From Bacilli bacterium (GTDB lineage: Bacteria > Bacillota_I > Bacilli_A > RF39 > UBA660): DNA of 64,000 nt. The translations under genes and the position numbers were made by a program. This document shows, piece by piece, positions 28,162-37,624 of this stretch. The notes under the pieces were generated by a model. It did not search any database, was not told the DNA's origin, and saw nothing but the letters and a program-made list of their open reading frames with translations. How positions within the stretch are numbered: position 1 is the stretch's first letter; each line of letters opens with the position of its first letter. The stretch covers positions 4,086 to 68,085 of the forward strand of contig JAGAIS010000005.1 in NCBI GenBank assembly GCA_017626405.1, read 5' to 3'.

Positions 28162-28190
28162 AAGAATAATTTAAAAAATTATTCTTTTTT
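28162..28190 (+). terminator. intrinsic terminator closing the T7SS operon
   Basis: AAGAATAATTT-aaa-AAATTATTCTT followed by T-run immediately after the stop. Confidence 0.65.
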
Positions 28191-28204
28191 GATAGGAAGA
28201 TAAT

Positions 28205-28945
28205 ATGAGCATTAATATTTTAAATAGTAAAGTAATAGATGATGAATATGAGTTAAGAGAATTGGAAATAGATAGCGAAAGAATTGTTTCTATCATGTCT
28301 TCTAATTCCTATCAATCTCTTTCATATATGGATAATGAAAAAGTGTTTGAAATATATGATAGTTATCCCAAACTCTATGATATTCTTTCTAATCTAGGTG
28401 CCGTTAATTCAGTTTTAGTATTAGGTGGTGGGGGTTTTTCTTATCCCAAATACTATATTAGCCATTATTCTGATAAAACAATGGATGTTATAGAAATAAA
28501 TTCAAAACTAATAGACATTTCGTTTAAATATCTATACCTAGATAGATTGTTTGCTGAACACGATCCGAATCATAAGAGATTAAATATATATTGTACTGAT
28601 GCCTATGATTTTATTATTAAGACAAATAGGAAATATGATGGAGTATTCATTGATTTATATGTAGATAATGAGCCACTAGATATAATTTTTGAAGAGAGAT
28701 TCATATATAATATTAAAAGAATCCTAAATAAAGACAAGTTTTTATCCATAAACTATATTTTACATGAAGGAAGTTTAGATAAATTTTATAAGTTCAAAGA
28801 ATTGTTATCTAAATACTTTACTAATACTAAAATAATAACAACAGATTATAATGTAAATTTGAGTGATAAAAATATATTTATTTTATGTTCGGATTCTGAT
28901 ATTACTATTCCCGATACTTATAAATATGTTGAGTATGAAAGATAG
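28205..28945 (+). CDS. spermidine synthase-like class I SAM-binding protein
   Basis: VLVLGGGGFSYPKY, DVIEIN, TDAYDFI, KYDGVFIDLY. Confidence 0.75.
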   Translation: MSINILNSKVIDDEYELRELEIDSERIVSIMSSNSYQSLSYMDNEKVFEIYDSYPKLYDILSNLGAVNSVLVLGGGGFSYPKYYISHYSDKTMDVIEINSKLIDISFKYLYLDRLFAEHDPNHKRLNIYCTDAYDFIIKTNRKYDGVFIDLYVDNEPLDIIFEERFIYNIKRILNKDKFLSINYILHEGSLDKFYKFKELLSKYFTNTKIITTDYNVNLSDKNIFILCSDSDITIPDTYKYVEYER

Positions 28946-29017
28946 GTGGAGTAATCTCCACTTTTTTAATTGGATAAAAGTTGATATAATATAAATATAC
29001 AGTTTGGAGGGCTTCAA

Positions 29018-31120
29018 ATGATTCTTATTATTGCAGAAAAACCATCGCTTGCAAGAAACATTGTCAATGCAATTGGGAACATGAAAAACAATAATGGCTA
29101 TTACACTAATGACAAATATATTGTTACATATACTATTGGTCATTTGTTCACTCTAGCTGATATTGAAGACTATAGCGATACTCCAACTGATGGAAGATGG
29201 ACAATGGATAATATCCCTTGCTTTCCAACGCGATTTAAATTTAATTTAAAAAAAGCAGCAAACAAAAAAGTAGATCCAGGTATTTTAAAACAATATAATA
29301 TAATTGAAAGTTTAATAAATAGAGAAGACGTCGATACAATAGTAAATGCAGGTGATGCTGATCGTGAAGGAGAAGTAATAATTAGATTAATTGTCGATAA
29401 TGCACTGAAGTCAGAAAAGAAAAAGGTTAGGCTTTGGGTTCCTGATCAGACAGTAGAGACTATTAATGCAGGACTAAGTGATCTGAAGGATGAATCTAAT
29501 TATGATAATTTAGCAAATGAAGGATTAGCAAGAACTTACATTGATTGGCTTTATGGAGTAAATTTAACGAGATTTGCAACTTTAAAGACAGGTACTCTTT
29601 TAAGAGTTGGGAGGGTAATTATTCCAATAGTAAAAGCTATATATGATCGCGATATGGCAATAAGAAACTTCAAACCGGAAATATACTATGGTATTAATAG
29701 TAATGAGCTAACTAAGAATGAAGAAATTGAACTTAATAGCAAAGAAAAATTTGATAAGAAAGATTTAAAGAAAGCACAGGAATATTGTAATACATTAAAT
29801 AGTTTAGATGCTATAGTAATGGATAAAAAAGTAAAGAAAGATACTTTAAATCCAGGAAAATTATACTCTTTATCAAAATTGCAAAATTACTTAGGAAAAA
29901 AGTATAAGATGCCAATGGATAAGTCTTTATCAATAGTTCAAAAACTATATGAAAGTGGATATTTAACTTATCCTCGTACTAATTCTGAATACCTAGCAGT
30001 AGCAGAAAAAGATAAGATTAAAACTATTCTAAATAATATATCAAAGATTGGTTATCCAGTTAAATTTAAAGATAAGAAAACAATTTTTGATGACTCAAAA
30101 ATTGAATCACATTCAGCTTTGACTCCAACATATAAGATTCCTAAAAAAGAAAATTTAACTGAAGAAGAATTTTTAGTTTATCAAACTGTATTTAAAAGAT
30201 TTGTAGCAGTATTCTGCAGTGAGGATTGTACAGTAGAAAAGACTGAGATTAAGATTAAATGTGGTGATTTAGAAGAATTTACTTTAAAGGGAACAATCAT
30301 TATTAATCCAGGATGGACAAAGTTTGATGATACTTCTACTAAAGATAAAATATTGCCCAATTTAGAAATTGGAGAAAAGATAAATACTAATTTTAAACCA
30401 AAAGAAAAAGAGACAACACCTCCTAAGCACTATACTATTGAAACTTTAAATAATTATCTAAAGAATCCATTTAAAGAAGATAAGAAGGCATTGGAAGAAA
30501 ACCAAGATGAAGTGGATGATACTGAAGATTATAAGGCAATTTTTGAAGGATTAGAACTAGGTACTGAAGCAACAAGAACGGGAATTATTAAAAATGCTAT
30601 TACTTCAGAATATATTGCTCTAAATAAAGATGTCTATACAATCCAAAATCAGGGAATATATTTAATTGAATCTTTAAGTCAAATGGATATATCTATGGAT
30701 AAATATAAGACAAGTGAAATGGGTAAGGCATTAAAAAAAGTCTATCATGAAGAAATATCTGTAGATGACTCTATTAAGATTGCAATTGATGAAATTAGTG
30801 AAGTTTTTAAGAAAAAAGATAGTCCAATAGAAAGAGATAAAGATACTGGTTTTTTTGGTGATGTAATAGGCAAGTGTCCATTATGTGGCAGTGAAGTAGT
30901 AAAGAATAGATATGCTTACGGATGCAAAGATTATAAGAATTGTTCTTTTAAAATTAATACAGTTATCTGTAATCGAGTAATATCAAAAAAACATGCTGAA
31001 AGCTTATTGGAGAATGGCATTACGGCAAAAATAAATGGATTTGTTTCTAAAAATGGCAAATCTTTTGATGCCAAACTTAAACTTGATAAAGATAAAGTTA
31101 TTTTTGATTTTAGTGAGTAA
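29018..31120 (+). CDS. topB: DNA topoisomerase III
   Basis: IIAEKPS, AGDADREGE, LYESGYLTYPRT, LGTEATR, C-terminal CPLCG / GFVSKNGKSFDAKL repeat. Confidence 0.92.
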   Translation: MILIIAEKPSLARNIVNAIGNMKNNNGYYTNDKYIVTYTIGHLFTLADIEDYSDTPTDGRWTMDNIPCFPTRFKFNLKKAANKKVDPGILKQYNIIESLINREDVDTIVNAGDADREGEVIIRLIVDNALKSEKKKVRLWVPDQTVETINAGLSDLKDESNYDNLANEGLARTYIDWLYGVNLTRFATLKTGTLLRVGRVIIPIVKAIYDRDMAIRNFKPEIYYGINSNELTKNEEIELNSKEKFDKKDLKKAQEYCNTLNSLDAIVMDKKVKKDTLNPGKLYSLSKLQNYLGKKYKMPMDKSLSIVQKLYESGYLTYPRTNSEYLAVAEKDKIKTILNNISKIGYPVKFKDKKTIFDDSKIESHSALTPTYKIPKKENLTEEEFLVYQTVFKRFVAVFCSEDCTVEKTEIKIKCGDLEEFTLKGTIIINPGWTKFDDTSTKDKILPNLEIGEKINTNFKPKEKETTPPKHYTIETLNNYLKNPFKEDKKALEENQDEVDDTEDYKAIFEGLELGTEATRTGIIKNAITSEYIALNKDVYTIQNQGIYLIESLSQMDISMDKYKTSEMGKALKKVYHEEISVDDSIKIAIDEISEVFKKKDSPIERDKDTGFFGDVIGKCPLCGSEVVKNRYAYGCKDYKNCSFKINTVICNRVISKKHAESLLENGITAKINGFVSKNGKSFDAKLKLDKDKVIFDFSE

Positions 31121-31126
31121 CTTATA

Positions 31127-31155
31127 TTGACAATTTTTCGATTACTAAGTATAAT
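31127..31155 (+). promoter_or_regulatory. consensus sigma-A promoter with no downstream ORF
   Basis: TTGACA-N17-TATAAT, exact consensus. Confidence 0.85.
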
Positions 31156-31161
31156 AAAGTT

Positions 31162-31509
31162 ACTTAGTATAATAAAGTAGTTAACGATTTTTATTTTTGT
31201 ATACTTTTATGTTAATAAAACTATACTTTCTAACATTTTAAATGTTAATTTATTCCTAGTTTAACTACTCTATAGACATTAATGAATAAGCATGTTGATT
31301 CATGGTTACTTGTAATCTTGATAGACTGCCAGATTCATTAAATGCCTATATTATCGAATGTCTTAATGACTATAACTTCGACTAAGTATGCACGTGTTAT
31401 TGAGAAAGAAAACTCATCAGAAGTTATGAGTGCTGATTATTACTGATAATAATAATTAGTATCTATTCAAAACTTGAAATTACTCTAGTTTATCAGGCTA
31501 GAGTTTTTT
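31162..31509 (+). ncRNA. candidate large structured ncRNA of unknown family
   Basis: Bracketed by a consensus promoter and a terminator (31482-31509); four consecutive paired domains; no SD-led ORF. Confidence 0.55.
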
Positions 31510-31581
31510 CATGGTTGAAAATAAGTAATTTACTTTTTTCAATTACTAAGATATAATTTTGTTAGAATAGAGAGTGGTAAC

Positions 31582-32745
31582 ATGAAAGAGAATAATAAAG
31601 TAAGTACATCGATGATTTTTATTGTATTTTTAATATTTGCAATATCAATGATATTTTTAACGGTTCTTTTATCTAACCGAATAATTAATACAGATAATTA
31701 CTTTAAAAACTATAATACTTATCTAGATAATAATCTATCAGAGCAATTGAGAAAGCAAGAAAAAGTAGATGAACAATTAAAGGATATCGCTAAGAATGGA
31801 AATTACTCTTTAAATAATCCTTATGTGATGGTGAATCCTTATGGAATAAGTCCATTAACTGCTATAATTATATTTAATACAATGAATAAGGAAAGTGTCT
31901 CTCTATACATCAATGATGTTAAAGTTGCTGAAGATAATGAATCAATAATGCATATTATTCCCGTTATTGGACTATATAATAATAGCAACAATGTTATTAC
32001 TTTAGAATCTTCTAGTGGAGAAAAATCAACAATTAATATATCAACTGAATCGTTAAATGATTTTGTTAATGACTTCGATCTAGAAAAGATTAAAGATACC
32101 AATAAATCTTCTATTATTTTAATGGGCAATATTAATAGTAATAACTCTATTATAAGAGGCTTCGATGAGAATAATAATTTGAATTATTACTTAGATTTTG
32201 ACTATTTAAGTGGGTATTTAGTTAAAGGGGATCATTTATTAGTTGAATATAATACCAGAATGTTTGGGAATACTAATATTAAAAATATTATTCTTGAAAT
32301 AGATTATTTGGGAAAAATACATTCAATAAAGACAGATACTAGTGAGATAAATCACAATATAAATTTCACATTAGAGGAATCTGAATATATTGCTCAATCA
32401 GCAAATTACTATAATGGAGTAGTATCTTATAATATTAATAAATGTATGGATAATTACGATTATTCAATTTTTAAGAATATTAATACAGAAAGTATAGTAA
32501 GTGAATTGGATAAGGCAGAAATCTATAGGGAAGACTTCGATATTGCTCTTATGGGAGAATACGTAAGTGTTGATTTTAAAGATAAGGATGTTACATTATT
32601 AATGGTAAATAAATATAACAATTTAGTTTATTCCTACGAAGTAGATGGAAGCGCTTTAATAAAAGTAAATGCACAAGATGATATTTCACTATTTGTAATA
32701 GTTGATAATAAATATTATAACTTACTAACTGTATTGGGAAAATAA
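31582..32745 (+). CDS. membrane-anchored protein with arylsulfotransferase N-terminal Ig-like domain
   Basis: NPYV.VNPYGISPLTAIIIFNT...HIIPVIGLYNNSNNVITL. Confidence 0.75.
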   Translation: MKENNKVSTSMIFIVFLIFAISMIFLTVLLSNRIINTDNYFKNYNTYLDNNLSEQLRKQEKVDEQLKDIAKNGNYSLNNPYVMVNPYGISPLTAIIIFNTMNKESVSLYINDVKVAEDNESIMHIIPVIGLYNNSNNVITLESSSGEKSTINISTESLNDFVNDFDLEKIKDTNKSSIILMGNINSNNSIIRGFDENNNLNYYLDFDYLSGYLVKGDHLLVEYNTRMFGNTNIKNIILEIDYLGKIHSIKTDTSEINHNINFTLEESEYIAQSANYYNGVVSYNINKCMDNYDYSIFKNINTESIVSELDKAEIYREDFDIALMGEYVSVDFKDKDVTLLMVNKYNNLVYSYEVDGSALIKVNAQDDISLFVIVDNKYYNLLTVLGK

Positions 32746-32826
32746 AAAGTGTTAAGTCACTTTTTTTAATAGAAAAAACATTTGACAATAGAAAATTAAG
32801 TGTTAGAATATGTGAAGGTGTTTTAT

Positions 32827-34560
32827 ATGAGTTTAATAAAAGAAGCGGAAGTATATTTGAATGATATTTTAAAGTCATTAAATTATGAAGGTATTGCTGT
32901 TAGATTAGAAGTATCTAGTAAAAGGGAATTTGGGCAATATCAATTTAATGGTGCAATGCAATTAGCTAAAAGGTACGGAAAAAATCCACGTGAAATTGCT
33001 GAAGAAATAGCATCTAAAATTGATAAATATTTTGAAAATATAAATATTCAAGGGCCTGGTTTTATTAATCTAACTTTTAAAAATGAGGTACTAATTGAAC
33101 ATTTAAATAAAGGTATTAATGATTTTGATATATTTGTTGATAAAGGTGAAAAAACTAAGAAAATAGTTCTTGATTATGGAGGAGCTAACATTGCAAAAGA
33201 ATTGCATGTAGGGCATTTGAGATGCAATATTGGAGAAGCCGTAAGAAGATTGATTAAATTATTTAAAGATGAATCAATTGGAGATGTTCACTGGGGAGAC
33301 TGGGGAACGCCAATTGGTCTTGTTATTCGTGAGATACAAGAAAATAATCCGGAATTGCCTTACTTTGATGAAAACTACACAGGACCTTATCCGGAAATAT
33401 CACCAGTTACAAGTGAGGATCTAGGTATCTACTACCCTCGTGCAAGTAAGCGTTCAAAAGAAGATGAAAAGTATGCAGAAGAAGCAAGAATTCTTACAGA
33501 AAAATTTCAAAAGGGAGTTCCTGGAATTCGTGCATTATGGAGACATATAGTAAACGTAAGTAAAGAAGATTGCAATAAAATATATGATTATTTGAATTGT
33601 AAGTTTGATTATAGTTATGGAGAGTCTGATGCTGATTCTTATGTTGACGAAACTTTAGAGTTCTTAAAATCTAAGGGAGTAACAGAAGTAAGTGATGGTG
33701 CTTTAATCATGCACGTTAAAGAAGATGATGACAAAAAAGAAATGCCTCCATTAATTTTAGTAAAAAGTAACGGATCTATTGGATATGATACGACAGATTT
33801 AGCGACAATTTTGCAAAGAATGAAGGACTTTAATCCCGATGGAATTTGGTATTTTGTAGATGAAAGACAAAATCTTCATTTTGAGCAAATCTTTAGAGCA
33901 TGTAAAAAGTCCGGTTTAGTACCTGAAGATTTCGATTTTAGATTTAATGGATTCGGAACAATCAATGGTCCTGATGGAAAACCATTTAAGACTCGCGATG
34001 GTGGAGTAATGAGTTTAAAAGGTTTGATTAAGTTAGTATATGATACGATTGAACCAAAGATTAAAGACGATATTGTTGGTGAAGAGAGAATTGATGTTGC
34101 TAATAAATTAACAGTAGCAACACTAAAATTTTCTGACTTGCTTCCAAATCGTGAAACTGATTATATATTTGATGTTGATAAATTTACATCGTTTGAAGGT
34201 AAAACGGGAATTTATGTAGTTTATACGACAACGCGAATAAAATCTTTAATTAATAAAATTGGAGATAATACTAGTGAAATAAAATTAATTCCAAATGAAG
34301 AAATACTTAATATCTTAGTAAAAATTACAGAATTGCCAAGAACTTTAACAAGTTGTTATCGTGAAGTTAATTTAAGTTATATATGTGAATTTTTATATGA
34401 ATTATGCAGTTTATATAATAAATTCTATACTAATTTTAATATTATGAATGAATCTGACGAAGAAATTAAAGCAAGTTATATTGGAGTTTCGAGGTTGGTT
34501 TATAATATTTTACACAATTTATTAGATACATTAGGTATTGATGAAGTGGAAAAAATGTAA
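32827..34560 (+). CDS. argS: arginine--tRNA ligase
   Basis: DYGGANIAKELHVGHLR, GDWGT, GKPFKTRDGG, FEGKTG. Confidence 0.96.
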   Translation: MSLIKEAEVYLNDILKSLNYEGIAVRLEVSSKREFGQYQFNGAMQLAKRYGKNPREIAEEIASKIDKYFENINIQGPGFINLTFKNEVLIEHLNKGINDFDIFVDKGEKTKKIVLDYGGANIAKELHVGHLRCNIGEAVRRLIKLFKDESIGDVHWGDWGTPIGLVIREIQENNPELPYFDENYTGPYPEISPVTSEDLGIYYPRASKRSKEDEKYAEEARILTEKFQKGVPGIRALWRHIVNVSKEDCNKIYDYLNCKFDYSYGESDADSYVDETLEFLKSKGVTEVSDGALIMHVKEDDDKKEMPPLILVKSNGSIGYDTTDLATILQRMKDFNPDGIWYFVDERQNLHFEQIFRACKKSGLVPEDFDFRFNGFGTINGPDGKPFKTRDGGVMSLKGLIKLVYDTIEPKIKDDIVGEERIDVANKLTVATLKFSDLLPNRETDYIFDVDKFTSFEGKTGIYVVYTTTRIKSLINKIGDNTSEIKLIPNEEILNILVKITELPRTLTSCYREVNLSYICEFLYELCSLYNKFYTNFNIMNESDEEIKASYIGVSRLVYNILHNLLDTLGIDEVEKM

Positions 34561-34584
34561 TTTGAAAGAGAGGAAAATGATAAT

Positions 34585-35298
34585 ATGGGCAGAGCATATG
34601 AAGTTAGAAAAGCAAGTATTCAAAAAACAGGAGCAGCCAAAGCTAAATTATATTCGACATTTGCTAAAGAAATATATTTAGCTGCTAAGGGAAATCCTGA
34701 AGTGGATACAAATATAAACTTAAAGAGGGTAGTTGAAAAAGCTAAAAAACAACAAGTTCCAAGTGATATTATCAATCGTGCTATTGATAAGGCAAAAGGA
34801 GCTAGTAATGACGATTATCAAGAATTGTCTTATGAAGGTTTTGGACCTGGATCATCAACTCTAATAGTAAAATGTTTAACTGATAATGTTAATCGTACTG
34901 TATCTTTTGTGAGAGAAGCATTCAATAAATGCCATAAAAGTTTGGGAGTAACTAATTCAGTATCTTACAACTATGATTATGAAGCTGTTATTGGTTTCAA
35001 ATGCGAAGATTCAGATCCAATATTCGAAGCTATCTTAAATGAAGGAATCGAGATAATTGACTTTGAATCAGAAGATGGAGAAGTCGTTATTACTGCTAAT
35101 CCAAGCGATGCTTCTAAAGTAAAAGATATATTAGAAAGCCATATTAGCAATATCGATTATACATTAGATGAAATTGGATGGTATGCAAAGGAAATGGTTA
35201 CATTGGAAGGTGAAGATAAGGAAGTATTTGAAAGATTGCTATCCCTATTAGAAGATATTGAAGATGTAACAAATATTTATCATAATGTTAATTTATAA
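34585..35298 (+). CDS. YebC/PmpR family protein
   Basis: MGRA..., YEGFGPG, LTDNVNRT, EDVTNIYHN. Confidence 0.95.
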   Translation: MGRAYEVRKASIQKTGAAKAKLYSTFAKEIYLAAKGNPEVDTNINLKRVVEKAKKQQVPSDIINRAIDKAKGASNDDYQELSYEGFGPGSSTLIVKCLTDNVNRTVSFVREAFNKCHKSLGVTNSVSYNYDYEAVIGFKCEDSDPIFEAILNEGIEIIDFESEDGEVVITANPSDASKVKDILESHISNIDYTLDEIGWYAKEMVTLEGEDKEVFERLLSLLEDIEDVTNIYHNVNL

Positions 35299-35369
35299 GA
35301 ATAGCTTGCTATTCTTTTTTTCTTTTAAATTTCATAAATTTAAGATATTATATAGAAGGTGGTGGTATC

Positions 35370-36029
35370 ATGCGTATTTTAGTAGTAGATGATGAAGAGC
35401 TAATTCGCGATGTAGTATGTGAATATGCAGAAAACGAAGGATATAAATGCGATCAAGCAGAAGATGGAATTAAAGCTATTGAAAAAGTTGAAACTAATAA
35501 ATATGATTGTATAATTATGGATATAATGATGCCAAACATGGATGGGTTGACAGCCATTAAAGAGATAAAAGAAATAGCTAATGTTCCCATTATTTGTCTA
35601 TCTGCGAGAGGAGAAGAATTTGATAAACTTCAAGGTTTTAAATTAGGAATAGATGATTATGTTACAAAACCATTCTCTCCTAAAGAATTGATTGCACGTA
35701 TTAAAGCAGTAACAAAGAGAACGAACGGAGACTTAATAACTGTTGGGGATATAACTATTGATGAATTGAAACATGAAGTAACTATAGATGGAGATGTCGT
35801 AGAACTGACACATACTCAGTTTTGTTTACTAAAACTTTTTCTTCAAAATGTAAATATTGCCCTTTCGCGCAACGCTATTATTGAGGCTATTTGGGGTTAT
35901 GACTATGAAGCAGATGATCGTACTATTGATGCTCATATTAAACTGTTGAGGTCCAAATTGGGAAAATATCGCAATTCAATTAAAACTATTAGAAAAGTAG
36001 GATATAAGTTTGTCTATGAAAAAAAGTAG
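35370..36029 (+). CDS. OmpR-family response regulator
   Basis: ILVVDDE, MDIMMP, DDYVTKPFS, winged helix RTIDAHIK.LR.KL...TIRKVGY. Confidence 0.95.
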   Translation: MRILVVDDEELIRDVVCEYAENEGYKCDQAEDGIKAIEKVETNKYDCIIMDIMMPNMDGLTAIKEIKEIANVPIICLSARGEEFDKLQGFKLGIDDYVTKPFSPKELIARIKAVTKRTNGDLITVGDITIDELKHEVTIDGDVVELTHTQFCLLKLFLQNVNIALSRNAIIEAIWGYDYEADDRTIDAHIKLLRSKLGKYRNSIKTIRKVGYKFVYEKK

Positions 36030-37389
36030 TTTAACTATCAAAACACTTTTTATTCTTAGTAGTTTTGTCATCCTTATACTTTTAAGTTTATGGGTAATTC
36101 AAGTTAAAATGACAGGTATATTCTATGAAAGTCATCAAGTTAAGAGAATAAACTATGTAGCTTCAAAAGTACAAAGTCAGAGTCCAACCTTATTAGATTT
36201 CAGTTTAGAAAAATACGCCTATAAATATGATATGTGTATAGAATATTATAATGGGAATGAATACTCTTCTTACAATACTAAAATGAATGGATGTATATTA
36301 AACAATATGGACCCGAAAGTAACAGATTATAAGAAAGCACTTATTAACAATGAAAAAAAATATATGAAAGTGTATGATGATACTGATAAAATTAAATCAT
36401 TGATTTACTATGTAAATATTGATGAAGATCGATTTGCTTTTTTAAATATTAATCTTGAAGATGAGAATTCTAGTTCATATCTATTAAAAAATCAATTAAT
36501 ATATTTAGTTCTAATACTGATAATAATATCTTTTTTTGTATCGATTTTTGTCTCGCGAATAATTAATAAACCAATTATTAAATTGACGGAGGAAGCAAAG
36601 AAGTTGGGTAAAGGTGTTCCTGTTAACTTTGAAGAAAGCAATATCAAGGAACTGGATGAGCTATCAAATACTTTAAAGATAGCTGCAAGTGAAATGAATA
36701 AAACAAATGAACTTCGCAAAGACTTAATAGCAAATGTCAGTCATGATTTAAAAACCCCTCTAACTATGATTAAAGCTTATGCTGAAAAAGTTCGAGATTT
36801 ATCATATGCCGATGATGAAAAGAGAAATAAAGATTTAAATGTCATTATTGAAGAAACAAATAGACTTAATAATCTAGTTAATGATCTACTCGATTTATCC
36901 AAATTGGAAAGTGGAATTAATAATCTTGAATACGAGGAGTACGATTTAGTTGCTAATATAAAAGAAATAATAAAGAGATATGATATTTTAATTGAAGATA
37001 ACAATTATAAATTTGAACTCGATTTACCAAAAGAATTAATAGTTAAAGCAGATAAACAAAAAATAGAACAGGTAATATACAATCTCATTAATAATGCTAT
37101 TGAACATACCGGAGATGATTTAGTAGTTAAAGTATCTATAAAAAAATCAAATACATATTATAAAGTTTCTATAACTGATACAGGAGGTCATTTAAAAGAC
37201 AGCGATAAGGCTCTAGTATGGAATAAATATTATAAAAAGGAAAAACAACACAAACGAAATGTAGTTGGAAGTGGATTGGGATTATCAATTGTAAAAAATA
37301 TTCTCGAAGCTCATAAATTACCTTATGGAATAGATTCAAAAGAAAATCAATATACAACTTTCTATTTTAAGATAAAAAAATATAAATAA
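36016..37389 (+). CDS. HAMP-domain sensor histidine kinase
   Basis: Two TMs, HAMP, SHDLKTPL, NLINNAI, GSGLGLSIV. Confidence 0.95.
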   Translation: MKKSSLTIKTLFILSSFVILILLSLWVIQVKMTGIFYESHQVKRINYVASKVQSQSPTLLDFSLEKYAYKYDMCIEYYNGNEYSSYNTKMNGCILNNMDPKVTDYKKALINNEKKYMKVYDDTDKIKSLIYYVNIDEDRFAFLNINLEDENSSSYLLKNQLIYLVLILIIISFFVSIFVSRIINKPIIKLTEEAKKLGKGVPVNFEESNIKELDELSNTLKIAASEMNKTNELRKDLIANVSHDLKTPLTMIKAYAEKVRDLSYADDEKRNKDLNVIIEETNRLNNLVNDLLDLSKLESGINNLEYEEYDLVANIKEIIKRYDILIEDNNYKFELDLPKELIVKADKQKIEQVIYNLINNAIEHTGDDLVVKVSIKKSNTYYKVSITDTGGHLKDSDKALVWNKYYKKEKQHKRNVVGSGLGLSIVKNILEAHKLPYGIDSKENQYTTFYFKIKKYK

Positions 37390-37437
37390 TATAATTATTT
37401 TCACATTTTATTCATATTCAATTGTTATATTAATAAT

Positions 37438-37548
37438 GAAAAAGGAAATGATAAAAAAAACTATACAATAAACAAAACATATAAACTCAAACTCACACTA
37501 AACTTTCTGTTTCCTTTTTTGCTAAGATGCACTTTTTGCATCTTTTTT
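37438..37548 (+). ncRNA. candidate TCS-regulated sRNA
   Basis: Upstream TTCACA-N5-TTCATA repeat and extended -10; AAAAAGGAAA/TTTCCTTTTT stem enclosing an A/C-rich loop; terminator 37524-37548. Confidence 0.5.
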
Positions 37549-37624
37549 ATTTCATTTTATTGCATAAATAACCTATATTTGATAAAATCTAGTTGTAGGG
37601 TAAGAAATAAAGGAGACATGAAGT

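Noticed and set aside
20284-31120. Conjugative element reading (FtsK-like ATPase + lytic transglycosylase + topoisomerase III)
   Set aside because: The ATPase has EssC architecture (FHA + multiple FtsK domains) with WXG100 neighbours; no relaxase, VirB4 or integrase; topB has its own upstream promoter-like region.
31162-31509. T-box leader for argS, RNase P RNA, tmRNA or CRISPR/tracr element
   Set aside because: No T-box (GGTGG.ACC), P4 (GAGGAAAGTC) or tRNA-like ends; no repeat-spacer periodicity; an unrelated gene separates it from argS.
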